Assembly: GCA_051439605.1 (NCBI GenBank)
Contig: JBFRWN010000022.1
Span: forward strand, 1 to 25,813
Reading direction: 5' to 3'
Origin: Synechococcus sp.
Lineage (GTDB): Bacteria; Cyanobacteriota; Cyanobacteriia; Thermostichales; PCC-7336
DNA length: 25,813 nt
The notes under the pieces were generated by a model. The model saw nothing but the letters and a program-made list of their open reading frames with translations, ran no database searches and was not told the origin of the DNA. How positions within the stretch are numbered: the first letter of the stretch is position 1; each line of letters opens with the position of its first letter. A program made the position numbers and the translations under genes. Shown piece by piece: positions 9,004 through 17,803 of this stretch.

Positions 9004-9714
9004 CTACCAGCTGCCCATCGGTGTCACTTCAAAGAACCAGTAGCTTAACCCCGCACTTGCGAGGGGGACAGTTATGTTATCCAGTCCTCGCCAAGAGAGC
9101 ATTTCCAAAATGGCAGAAAGCCCGCCGATCGCTATTGCTCCCAGCGCGATCGCTTCGCCGCTCCAGGAAACAGAGGGATTCCAATAGGAGGACGCCGAGC
9201 AGACAGCTGCGATCGTCAAACTGCTTGCCAACCACATCGTCAAAGACCCTTCCCAGGTTTTCGCCATACCGGCCAACACATATTTGTGTTTTCCCCAACG
9301 ACGGCCAATCAACGCCGCCAAAGCATCTCCCCAGGTCATTACCAAGATGCCTAATACCGCATAGGACTTCAGACCCGGTCGCCAAAAGAGTGCAAATAAC
9401 GTAGCAATACTAGCCGCATAAAAAAAGGTGCCGTAGCTGTGGCGGTCAATTCCGTTGAGGCTTTGCAAAATTTTGACGCGGTAGGACAGGAGTGCCACCA
9501 AGCTGAATACAAGCGACAGTCCAACAGCAAAGGTTCTAGGAATATCAAGTACCCACGTCAGGATGGCAATATTTCCCACCCCAATGTGAATCACCTTGCG
9601 CACAACCTCGCCATCAATCTGGCGGCTGCGCATAAACTCTGCCACCCCAAATACAGCAGCGAGCCACAGGGTGCAACACACCATCTGACCACCTAGCCCC
9701 AGTTCAATCTCCAC
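9004..9714 (-). CDS. SEC59/DGK1/VTE5-family CTP-dependent phytol/polyprenol kinase, integral membrane
   Basis: RKVIHIG, SYGTFFY, WGDALAALIGRRWG, KTWEGS and GLDNITVP motifs; multiple hydrophobic helices; GTG start. Confidence 0.9.
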   Translation of the reverse strand: MEIELGLGGQMVCCTLWLAAVFGVAEFMRSRQIDGEVVRKVIHIGVGNIAILTWVLDIPRTFAVGLSLVFSLVALLSYRVKILQSLNGIDRHSYGTFFYAASIATLFALFWRPGLKSYAVLGILVMTWGDALAALIGRRWGKHKYVLAGMAKTWEGSLTMWLASSLTIAAVCSASSYWNPSVSWSGEAIALGAIAIGGLSAILEMLSWRGLDNITVPLASAGLSYWFFEVTPMGSW

Positions 9715-9940
9715 CGATATGCCTTACCCCAAGAGAATGAACTCAAGCTACGCGATCGCCGGCGCTTCTTCAAGCCCTTTACCCAGTCCGGTCAGGTAGA
9801 ATGCTTGCCGTATCTTATGCTCCTTTGATGAACTCTTCGCCTATCGTTGAATTTGTGGAGATTTAAATTTGTGGTGATGCGTTCCAAACCATCACAGTCT
9901 CTCTAGGGAGGAACCGTAGTCGAGCAAGTGGAGTAACGTG

Positions 9941-9972
9941 AAAGCGGCAATCCGTTGGCAAGAACTACCGCT
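9941..9972 (-). terminator. Hairpin downstream of tRNA-Lys, possible terminator or processing signal
   Basis: On the minus strand AGCGGTAGTTC-TTGCCAAC-GGATTGCCGCT forms an 11-bp stem with three G-U pairs, so it is strand specific. The U tail is short. Confidence 0.45.
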
Positions 9973-9992
9973 ATCGCTTCTGTGAGGTTTGA

Positions 9993-10064
9993 TGGGTTGG
10001 GAGGGATTCGAACCCGCGGCCAGTCGGTTAAAAGCCGAATGCTCTACCACTGAGCTACCAACCC
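9993..10064 (-). tRNA. trnK: tRNA-Lys (anticodon UUU), CCA not encoded
   Basis: GGGTTGGTAGCTCAGTGGTAGAGCATTCGGCTTTTAACCGACTGGCCGCGGGTTCGAATCCCTCCCAACCCA: 7-bp acceptor stem, D arm, CTTTTAA anticodon loop and TTCGAAT T loop. Confidence 0.97.
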
Positions 10065-10084
10065 AGGCGCCATGCGCGTTATCC

Positions 10085-10113
10085 ACTATAGCAAGAGGGG
10101 TCGCTTTTTTGAA
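10085..10113 (-). promoter_or_regulatory. Sigma70-type promoter of tRNA-Lys
   Basis: The minus strand reads TTCAAA-N17-TATAGT with an extended TGn element; the -10 ends 20 nt before the mature tRNA 5' end. Confidence 0.65.
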
Positions 10114-10114
10114 T

Positions 10115-11542
10115 ATGAATTATTGGCTTTCAAATTGCTTAGTTCCCCAACTGGATTTACCCGGTGGCTATCGCAATCTCGATGTTTATCTGGTAAATGG
10201 CTCAATCTCTGGAATCTTTCCAACAGGCACCCATCCAAAGCCGGAAACAGCCGAGCTGATTCAGTGCCAGGATAAAATGCTGCTTCCCGGTTGGGTGAAT
10301 GCCCACACCCACTCTATGGAGATGTGGACCCGTGGCCTAATTCCTCCCCTCCCCCTCGAACTTTGGCTGGCAGAACTATACGCACACCCTCTTCACTCAC
10401 CCAAGCAAATTTATCTATCAGCCTCCTTAACAGCGGTTGAGACCCTGCTGTCAGGGGGGACCACGGTGGTAGATCATCTGGTGCTGCTACCCGGTCAAGA
10501 ACTCGAGTCCCTAGCTGCTGCAGATCGCGCTTATCGCGAAGCTGGAATTCGAGCCTACATTGCCCCCCTCATTCAGGACGAAGCCTTTGAATACAGCATT
10601 CCAGGGGGGCGATCGCTCGAGCCCCTGGCCCCACCCATGCCCACCTCAGATGTATTGGCCCTGCTCGAAACCGCAGTACAGAAGTTTCATCGGCCTCAGG
10701 AGGGGGTGCAGATTGGGGTGGGGCCAACTGGGATTCAACTGTGTTCCGATGACCTGTTTGAAGGATGCGCTATCCTCAGCGATCGCTACGATCTCTGCCG
10801 CCACAGCCACCTACTTGAGACCATGGCGCAAGTCAAGTTAGCCCAAGAGAAATATGGCAAATCTGCCGTCGAGCATCTGGTGGACTTAGGATGGCTCAGT
10901 CAGAAGACCTCTCTCGCCCACTGCGTATGGCTGAACGAGCGCGATATCGAGCTGATGGCCGAATACTGCACAACGGTCGTGCACAATCCCTTGAGCAACA
11001 TCCGCTTGGGCAGCGGCATTGCCCCCCTCTTGAAGTATCGCGAGCAAGGGGTCAACGTGTCGTTTGGCTGCGATGGGGCAGCCAGCAATGACGGGCAAAG
11101 CATGTTTGAAGTGCTCAAAGTTGGCTCCATGCTGCATAACACCACCGATTTTGACTATCGCAACTGGATCTCCCCCCAAGAGGTTTGTCAGATGGCTAGT
11201 GTCGGTGGGGCTTTGGGACTCCATTCCCAAACATTTGGCCGCTTGGAGGTGGGGCAGGAGGCAGATTTAGTCTTGTATGACCTTAAAGATCTCTCGCTGT
11301 TGCCTGCTGCCGATCCCCTAGGACAATTGGTGTGGGGGCGACCGGGCAATGTGGTGGATAGCGTGTGGGTGCGGGGTCAACGGGTGGTCGTCAACGGCCA
11401 ACCGACCGGAGTCGACATACAACAATTGGCCCATGGCTTAAGAAGCTTCACCGATTGGCTTCAGGCCCGCCCCCCATCCCCGTCAGAGATGCGCCAGCGG
11501 ATGGAATCAACGTATCGTCAGAGTATGAACCTATCGCAGTAG
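10115..11542 (+). CDS. Metal-dependent amidohydrolase/deaminase (TRZ/ATZ, MTA/SAH deaminase-like), substrate unknown
   Basis: PGWVNAHTH, HSHLLET, AHCVW, VHNPLSNIRLGSG, GCDGAASND and GQEADLVL motifs. The start was moved to ATG 10115 because the track's extension from 9989 runs antisense through the tRNA. Confidence 0.9.
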   Translation: MNYWLSNCLVPQLDLPGGYRNLDVYLVNGSISGIFPTGTHPKPETAELIQCQDKMLLPGWVNAHTHSMEMWTRGLIPPLPLELWLAELYAHPLHSPKQIYLSASLTAVETLLSGGTTVVDHLVLLPGQELESLAAADRAYREAGIRAYIAPLIQDEAFEYSIPGGRSLEPLAPPMPTSDVLALLETAVQKFHRPQEGVQIGVGPTGIQLCSDDLFEGCAILSDRYDLCRHSHLLETMAQVKLAQEKYGKSAVEHLVDLGWLSQKTSLAHCVWLNERDIELMAEYCTTVVHNPLSNIRLGSGIAPLLKYREQGVNVSFGCDGAASNDGQSMFEVLKVGSMLHNTTDFDYRNWISPQEVCQMASVGGALGLHSQTFGRLEVGQEADLVLYDLKDLSLLPAADPLGQLVWGRPGNVVDSVWVRGQRVVVNGQPTGVDIQQLAHGLRSFTDWLQARPPSPSEMRQRMESTYRQSMNLSQ

Positions 11543-11548
11543 TTTGAG

Positions 11549-12691
11549 ATGTCTCCTACGTTTCCCTCCACCGCCGATGCTGTTGTGATTGGGGGTGGAA
11601 TCATTGGACTGTGCACGGCTATTCATTTAGCCCGCAAGCGCTTGTCGGTGGTGTTGCTGGAGAAAAACTTTATTGGGGGAGGGCCAACGGGATGCTCGCT
11701 CGCTGTCATTTCGCAGCACTACACCCATCCCTCATTGGTAGGGATGGCCCGCATCAGCTTAGAGATCTTCCGCAGCTTCGAACAGTACTATGCCGGAGAC
11801 TGTGGGTGGTCAGAAGCGGGGCTGTTAGTATTGGTGGGCGCGGAACAAGAGCAGTCTTTACGGTCAACCGTCGAGATGCAACAAGCTCGAGGGGTTGAGG
11901 TGGAAATTCTTTCGGCTTCGCAACTACGTAGCCTGGATGCGCGCCTGCACCAAGATGATGTCGCCATCGCCAGCTATCAGCCCACAGCTGGTTATGCAGA
12001 TCCTCAGAGAACTATGCACACTCTGACCCTAGCTGCGATCGCTGCGGGGGTGGATATCAGAGAAAACGTCAAAGCCAACGAGATATTAGTCGCCTCCGGA
12101 AAAATTCGTGGAGTGGTTACCCCCCGTGGCACCGTCTCAGCTCCGGTGGCAATCGATACGGCAGGCCCGTGGGCGCACCAGGTGGCCTCTACCGCTGGAG
12201 TTGACATCCCTCTCATCCCTTGTCGCCAGGTAATGGCTGTCCTGCGCCGTCCAGTGTCTTTTGGAGCGCAGCATCCCATCGTGAATGATTTCATCCTGGG
12301 AACGTCTTTCCGTTCGGAAGGGAGGGGCTCAACCTATATAGGCCGTCTCGATCGCAGTCAACTGAACGACCCTGTCGATCCAGATCGCTACGATGACAGC
12401 CTTTCCTCCCAGGAATTGACTCACCTTTGCGATTGTTGGCAGAAACGTTATCCCAGTGGGGCGAATGCAGTGACCAGGGGTGGTTGGAGCGGGATGTACG
12501 ATGTCACTCCCGATTGGATGCCCATTTGCGATCGTTTGGGTCCACAGGGTTTTTATCTATGTTGCGGTACAAGCGGCCATGGGTTTAAGTTTGGACCGCT
12601 ATTGGGTCGGGAATTAGCTAACTGGGTGGTCAATGACAGTCCTAGCGAAACCTTTGATTTTGGCGTGTTTAGCGCGAGTCGATTCAAGTAA
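11549..12691 (+). CDS. FAD-dependent oxidoreductase, DAO/sarcosine oxidase beta-like family
   Basis: VVIGGGIIG dinucleotide-binding motif, GYADP, TAGPWA, WSGMYDVTPD and SGHGFKFGP; starts 6 nt after the amidohydrolase stop. Confidence 0.9.
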   Translation: MSPTFPSTADAVVIGGGIIGLCTAIHLARKRLSVVLLEKNFIGGGPTGCSLAVISQHYTHPSLVGMARISLEIFRSFEQYYAGDCGWSEAGLLVLVGAEQEQSLRSTVEMQQARGVEVEILSASQLRSLDARLHQDDVAIASYQPTAGYADPQRTMHTLTLAAIAAGVDIRENVKANEILVASGKIRGVVTPRGTVSAPVAIDTAGPWAHQVASTAGVDIPLIPCRQVMAVLRRPVSFGAQHPIVNDFILGTSFRSEGRGSTYIGRLDRSQLNDPVDPDRYDDSLSSQELTHLCDCWQKRYPSGANAVTRGGWSGMYDVTPDWMPICDRLGPQGFYLCCGTSGHGFKFGPLLGRELANWVVNDSPSETFDFGVFSASRFK

Positions 12692-12711
12692 CGTATAAGG
12701 GAAACTCTCGA

Positions 12712-12734
12712 CAGAATGCCTTGGGGGCAGTCTG
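12712..12734. terminator. Hairpin between the convergent oxidoreductase gene and hmpF
   Basis: CAGAATGCC-TTGGG-GGCAGTCTG, 8 of 9 pairs; no clear U tract. Confidence 0.35.
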
Positions 12735-12740
12735 GGCTGC

Positions 12741-14507
12741 TTAGGCAAACACCTCTGCAGTAGATGATGAGGTTGTATCTGATGTAAGTTCAGCTATCTC
12801 TGCCTGGAGCTCCTCAGCATGCTGACGAGATTCTGCAACTGCGCGCTGGGACTCCTCTGATTTGCTCTCCAAAGGCTCTACCTGACTTTGAAGCTCTACC
12901 AGCAGGGTTTTGACTTCATTCAACTGCTGCTCTTTCACAGTAGTTTGACCGAGTGAGTTCGAAACCTCTTGGCACCGCTGCCACAGGGAGTGGCGATCGT
13001 CGTCGAGCTGCTGCTTGAGACTATCAGCTTGTTGTTGCTGCTGCTCTAAGCTGGAGCGCTGCTGTTCCAAGCTGGAACGCTGTTCGCTTAACTGCTGTTC
13101 GAGGGTCTGTTTTTCCGCAGCAATGAACTGACGGTGGCTTTCCAACTGGTTGAGTAAAGGCCCAATATCCACTGTGGGAATAGTGGGAACCGCACCAGGC
13201 TCCCCCAGTAACTGACTAAGTAAACTTTCCTTTTGAGCCATTTGTTGCTGCATCTTTTGCAGCGTCCGCTGCTGGGGGGCCAAGCTTTCTTCCAATGTGG
13301 CACAGGCGGATTTGGCATAGTCGATATCCATTTCGATATCGAAACGCTCGTCAGCGCTTGCTCCATTGAGACGACTTTGCAGGTCCTCTAACTTCTGATG
13401 GTTTTCTGTCAGCTCTGTAACCTGTTGCTCTACCAGCCGAGAATTCTGGTCGTATTCCCGCCTCAAACTGGTCAATTGTGCTTCTAGTTCTTCAGGGCTG
13501 ATTTGTGGCGCTGAAGAGGTTTCCACTCCCTCCGCCACAATTACATCACTACGTTCCAGTAACTGTCGGCTAAACCGTAGGGCCTCCTCTTGCTTTTGGA
13601 GCTGCTCGTTTACAGTATTTAGGCGAGAGTCAGTTGCGGCAACGACCTTCTCAAGCGTACCCACCTCTCCCTGACTAGCAGCGATCGATGTCTGTAGCTT
13701 TAACCATTCTCGGTGGCTCTGTACCCACTGTTCGAAGTCGGTGTTGAGCTGTTGTTGGTTTCTTTGGGCATGTTCTTTGTCGGGGGCAACTGCAGCCACC
13801 GATCCATCTAGGGTTTTTATCTTCTCTCCCAACTGCATTTTTAATGCCTGCACCTCTTCCGATAGTGCCTCGGGATCAAATTGCAGCGTCTGAGAAATAT
13901 TGTGGCTAAGGGCTTTCAGACGCTCGGTTGCAGCTTCGTCTAACCGAGAAGAACTGGCCGAAGATTGGTTGATTTCCTCTAAACGCTGGCTTAATTCCTG
14001 TTGTTGTTCGTTGAGCTGACGACGCTGTTCCCCCATCGCTTGTTGCTGCTCGTTGAGGTTCCTCTCCAGCGTTTCAACTTCAGTTCGCTGAGCTTCAAGG
14101 CTTTTCAAAGCCGATTCGTACTGCTGGTACTCTTCCGCAAGTTGTTGAAGTTCCTCCTCACGGGTTTCAAGTTCTACTTCTCGGCGATTGAGCTCTTGAC
14201 TTTGGAAGGTGAGAGATTGCTTCCACTGTTCGATCTCATCGTCCTGACCCTTGGTTTGTTCCAAAATTCGTGAAAAGCCCTGAAGGGCTCCCACGATCTC
14301 TTTCGACGCTTCGCGCATCCGCTCAACTTGTTGGTTGGAGTTGATCTCAGCCAGAACCAGCGTGCCTGAGTTGAATTTACCGGAATCTTCAATGGGGATG
14401 GCATCTTCACTTACCGCCACCCACGACCGCTCGGATACTTTCTTTGCTAGCAGCTGGATTGTTGCTCGACGAAACGACCCTTTATCGATCGCGGCTAAGT
14501 ACAACAC
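12741..14507 (-). CDS. hmpF: Pilus motility/taxis coiled-coil protein HmpF
   Basis: N-terminus MLYLA (GTG start), GTLVLAEINSNQQV and EIEQWKQSLTFQSQELNRRE match HmpF as I recall it. It has a long Q/E/L coiled coil and the characteristic position divergent from the PatA-type gene. Confidence 0.88.
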   Translation of the reverse strand: MLYLAAIDKGSFRRATIQLLAKKVSERSWVAVSEDAIPIEDSGKFNSGTLVLAEINSNQQVERMREASKEIVGALQGFSRILEQTKGQDDEIEQWKQSLTFQSQELNRREVELETREEELQQLAEEYQQYESALKSLEAQRTEVETLERNLNEQQQAMGEQRRQLNEQQQELSQRLEEINQSSASSSRLDEAATERLKALSHNISQTLQFDPEALSEEVQALKMQLGEKIKTLDGSVAAVAPDKEHAQRNQQQLNTDFEQWVQSHREWLKLQTSIAASQGEVGTLEKVVAATDSRLNTVNEQLQKQEEALRFSRQLLERSDVIVAEGVETSSAPQISPEELEAQLTSLRREYDQNSRLVEQQVTELTENHQKLEDLQSRLNGASADERFDIEMDIDYAKSACATLEESLAPQQRTLQKMQQQMAQKESLLSQLLGEPGAVPTIPTVDIGPLLNQLESHRQFIAAEKQTLEQQLSEQRSSLEQQRSSLEQQQQQADSLKQQLDDDRHSLWQRCQEVSNSLGQTTVKEQQLNEVKTLLVELQSQVEPLESKSEESQRAVAESRQHAEELQAEIAELTSDTTSSSTAEVFA

Positions 14508-14544
14508 GCTTGTAAATCCTCGTTATTGCAGGAAAGAAAACTGA

Positions 14545-14554
14545 ACCGTTACCC
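14545..14554 (-). promoter_or_regulatory. Candidate SigF/SigJ-type promoter element GGGTAACGGT upstream of hmpF
   Basis: Lies about 40 nt before the GTG; a near-identical motif occurs upstream of the CheY gene. Confidence 0.5.
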
Positions 14555-15334
14555 CCTCTACCCGCTATTCAGCTGAATTAAGCAATAGCGGAGCCTGTGA
14601 TAATTGCGATGACGGGTTGGCAAGGGGAGAAAACCAGGCGGTTTAAGATTGGGCAAAGTGAGGTTGACGATTCAAGAAAACAGCAGCTAAAGAGTTGCGT
14701 TGTGGCCGGCGAGGCAATGAATTCGTACTGATAGGTCAAGAGCAATGGCTCCCCTTCATGGTGAGATCCACATTACACACGTTCTTATCGTTTTTCCTGC
14801 CTAACACCCATTCTGAATAACCACTATTAGGAAACTGCTACCCCTGCAATTTTGGTTGCGGCCCTCAAGCAAGGTTGCCCAAGAAGGGGAGGAATGGACC
14901 AGTATCGCAGTCAAGCTACAAAGCCTTGAAGACAGGCCAATGCTGAGAAATGCAATAATGACCGCTACCTCATCAAGGTGCCGAGCCAGTTCCTAAAGAA
15001 GCTCTGACCGAATATAACTTCAGACAGAACAGCGCGATAGCTACCTCTACATAACAATTATCAACACTCTATCAAGTTCAAGATACCCGCAAGAGTGAGG
15101 TTAGCCTGCGAAAAAGCGCAACATAACAGCAATTAACATCATTATGAGACTTCTTTCAGAAGATGCCACAAGGTTGATAGATGCACTTGCTATTTTTGTT
15201 TCGGGAGCTTGGTGTGCTGAGGCCTCGCTGACCCATTAGTTTAATGAGTGACAGAGTATGCTCCGATTCGGGCACATTCAAATGTATACGTAGGCCAAGA
15301 GCTTGGTCACGCCAATGATTTCTAAAGGTTTACT

Positions 15335-16489
15335 ATGCAAGGAAGGCTCCAAGAAATTGATATCCGTAGCATTCTTCAGCTCATACAGTTAGGACAACGG
15401 ACTGGGGAATTGTTTGTGGAAGCCAGTGTGTCGCAATACTGGTTTGTGTTTTTCCTAAATGGCCGAATTATCTACGCATCAGAATCAGATGGCAGTGTAG
15501 CTCGCCTGCGGGATTACCTGCGTCGGTTTCAGGCAGAAGGGGCTCTTGATATTGTTCAATCCCCTTCGAAAACAAGTGCCAACTCCCCAGAGTACGACTA
15601 TCTTTGGGCATTGCTAGAAGGACATCATGTCGAACCTGCTCGCGGTAAACAGATCGTTGGCAGCATGATTCAAGAGGTTCTCTTTGACCTGTTGAGCCTT
15701 CATCAGGGTTCGTTTATTTTCGAAGCCGCATCTCCCCTTGCTCCTCAGTTGGCTGCTTTCGAAGTTGGACCCCTACTCAAAGACACAACGGCCCAAGTGC
15801 AAGAGTGGAAAAAACTCCACCCCTACGTTCAATCCCCCGATCAGTACTTCACAATCACAAATCCAGCCGCCCTTCAACAATCTTTACCTCCACAGGTTTA
15901 TGGCAATTTCCAAAAATGGTCGGACGGCAACACAAACCTCCGCCAAGTGTCGCGTTACTTGGGACGCAATATCTTAACGGTAGGCAAAGCAATGTATCCC
16001 TACATTCAACAGGGGACCATTCAACTGTCAGAGGTGAACCAGGGCGATGATGCTCGATCCTTAGCACGTGCCGATCGTACTCCCCACATTGTTTGCATTG
16101 ATGACAGCATGGCAATTCGCAAGACGGTGGAATATATCTTGCAGGGGGCTGGATACAAAGTTACCGCCATCGAGAATCCCCTCAAAGCTTTAGGACAAGT
16201 CTTTCTGTTGCAGCCAGATATGATCCTTTGCGATGTGGCCATGCCCAAACTCGATGGATATGACTTGTGCGGTATGTTGAGGAAATCTTCAGCATTTCGC
16301 CAAACTCCAATGGTCATGCTGACGGGTAGAGACGGGTTCACCGACCGCATTAAAGCCCGCATGGCAGGTGCAAACGACTTTCTGACTAAGCCCTTTGGTG
16401 AAAAAGAGCTGTTAACCGTCATTGAATCTTATGTCGGGAAGCCCCACGATGCAGAGGTGGCCGAAACGCTAGCGGCGGCTACCTACTAG
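15335..16489 (+). CDS. hmpA: PatA-type response regulator (PATAN/DUF4388 plus REC), HmpA/PilG orthologue
   Basis: MQGRLQEIDIRSILQLIQLGQRTGELFVE, PEYDYLW and EVLFDLL in the N-terminal domain; C-terminal REC with CIDDS, CDVAMP, MLTG and TKPF. Confidence 0.9.
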   Translation: MQGRLQEIDIRSILQLIQLGQRTGELFVEASVSQYWFVFFLNGRIIYASESDGSVARLRDYLRRFQAEGALDIVQSPSKTSANSPEYDYLWALLEGHHVEPARGKQIVGSMIQEVLFDLLSLHQGSFIFEAASPLAPQLAAFEVGPLLKDTTAQVQEWKKLHPYVQSPDQYFTITNPAALQQSLPPQVYGNFQKWSDGNTNLRQVSRYLGRNILTVGKAMYPYIQQGTIQLSEVNQGDDARSLARADRTPHIVCIDDSMAIRKTVEYILQGAGYKVTAIENPLKALGQVFLLQPDMILCDVAMPKLDGYDLCGMLRKSSAFRQTPMVMLTGRDGFTDRIKARMAGANDFLTKPFGEKELLTVIESYVGKPHDAEVAETLAAATY

Positions 16490-16634
16490 GTCCCTCCTTT
16501 GGGTACTGTTGGTTACTATGAAGCCACTCAAGACCTCTTATCGCTTCAGCTCCCTTTGCATATCGTAGGGATTGCTATCTAAATGAGATGGCAAACGCTA
16601 GAGGAATGAGTAGGCAGTGGGATTGATTGAGGCA

Positions 16635-16644
16635 GGGTAACAGT
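16635..16644 (+). promoter_or_regulatory. Candidate SigF/SigJ-type promoter element GGGTAACAGT upstream of hmpB-E
   Basis: Sits in the 416-bp gap after hmpA, about 260 nt before the CheY ATG; 9 of 10 identical to the hmpF upstream motif. Confidence 0.5.
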
Positions 16645-16905
16645 AGCTTGAGCTGGATCGAAGGGACTTTAGTTCCTCTCATGCACTCTTTGCACTGTGA
16701 AGCCCCTCCTTATGCTGCCGCGAGGGTCATCTATTGAGCTCGGCGTTCCGTAGATCTAGCGATGGATGATATATTTTTATCCATTTTTGGAATGCTTAGT
16801 TTAGACAGAAGCGCAACTCATGCGAGCGGTATCCTCAAATACTCATCGCTTTTGAAAACATGTTGTGACTGCCTTAAGTCTGTCCGCAAGGAAAGTATTG
16901 ACATT

Positions 16906-17271
16906 ATGCTCAAAGTACTGGTCGTCGAAGATAGTCCTGCTCAGCGGGAGATGATTACCGGTCTGCTCAAAGAAAACGGTTTGGATGTGCTGGAAGCAAG
17001 TGACGGTGTCATGGCTTTAGAGTCCATCCAAGGGCAGGTTCCCGATGTGGTTGTGCTTGACATTGTTATGCCTCGTATGAATGGATACGAAGTTTGCCGT
17101 CGTCTCAAGGCAGACCCTGCCACCGAAAATGTATCGGTGGTTATGTGTTCCTCGAAAGGGGAGGAGTTCGATCGGTACTGGGGGATGCGTCAGGGGGCAG
17201 ATGCTTATATTGCCAAGCCATTCCGCCCTAAAGAACTCATTGGCACCATCAAGCAATTGCTGAGGAGCTGA
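16906..17271 (+). CDS. hmpB: CheY-like single-domain response regulator, HmpB/PilH orthologue
   Basis: VLVVEDS, LDIVMPRMNGYEVCR, CSSKGEEFDRYWGMRQGADAYIAKPF. ATG 16906 gives a 121-aa stand-alone REC domain; the track's 48-aa extension is likely UTR. Confidence 0.93.
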   Translation: MLKVLVVEDSPAQREMITGLLKENGLDVLEASDGVMALESIQGQVPDVVVLDIVMPRMNGYEVCRRLKADPATENVSVVMCSSKGEEFDRYWGMRQGADAYIAKPFRPKELIGTIKQLLRS

Positions 17272-17275
17272 ATCT

Positions 17276-17803
17276 GTGATTAGCGATCTCGATCTTGACC
17301 TTTTAGCTCAATCAGGAACTGAGGAACTGCAGGAACTCGAAATTCCTGCTGGTGAATTACACCTTAAGTGCCAGTTACTATCTGGAACCGAACTCGCCTT
17401 TGCAGCTGCAGACATTGCTGAGGTGATGTCTGTCTCTGCTGAGCAAATCACTCCAATACCCAACGTGTCCCCCCTTATGCTGGGGGCACTTAATTTTAGG
17501 GGCAAGGTTATCTGGGTAGCCGATTTGGGACAATTTTTAGGCGATAGTCAGGCACTCAACTCCGATCGGAACGACCTGCCAGTTTTAGCCATTACCAATC
17601 GACAAGAGACGGTTCTTGCTGTGGCGATCGACTCAGTGATTGGGATGGAGTGGTTAGAGAAAGATGCTCTAAATCCCTCCAATAGTTGTCCTGAAGAAAT
17701 GGCTCCCTTTGTAAAGGGGGAATGGGCATCTGCAGATAACGAACAGCCCCTTCGGTTGCTTGAAGCCGATGCCATCATTCGCTCCAGTCGCTGGGCAACT
17801 TAA
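17276..17803 (+). CDS. hmpC: CheW coupling protein, HmpC/PilI orthologue
   Basis: ITPIPNVSPLMLGALNFRGKVIWVADLGQFLG, MAPFVKGEW and IIRSSRW; begins 4 nt after the cheY stop. Confidence 0.92.
   Translation: MISDLDLDLLAQSGTEELQELEIPAGELHLKCQLLSGTELAFAAADIAEVMSVSAEQITPIPNVSPLMLGALNFRGKVIWVADLGQFLGDSQALNSDRNDLPVLAITNRQETVLAVAIDSVIGMEWLEKDALNPSNSCPEEMAPFVKGEWASADNEQPLRLLEADAIIRSSRWAT

Noticed and set aside
9989..10114. 42-aa N-terminal extension of the amidohydrolase, and ORF 9892-10086
   Set aside because: Both are translations across the tRNA-Lys gene (GFEPAASRLKAECSTTEL is a typical tRNA shadow).
9715..12691. Genomic island integrated at tRNA-Lys
   Set aside because: No integrase and no duplicated tRNA 3' end. 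The catabolic pair is on the 5' side of the tRNA and contains HIP1 sites.
2841..12691. gcvT and the sarcosine-oxidase-like gene as one glycine/C1 pathway cluster
   Set aside because: They are 7.6 kb apart on opposite strands with unrelated genes between them.
12741..14507. SMC-like or defence coiled-coil protein
   Set aside because: No Walker motifs; the N-terminus and gene context match HmpF.
16531..16539. AGACCTCTT matching the IS5 terminal repeat
   Set aside because: Only 9 bp, with no partner repeat or transposase remnant; compatible with chance.
16588..16625. GGCAAAC suggesting a c-di-GMP-I riboswitch in the motility locus
   Set aside because: The GNRA-capped stem and the downstream GACGCAAAGC-like segment are missing.
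16762..16905. 48-aa extension of the CheY protein
   Set aside because: It has no domain-like features, and ATG 16906 gives a standard stand-alone REC protein.
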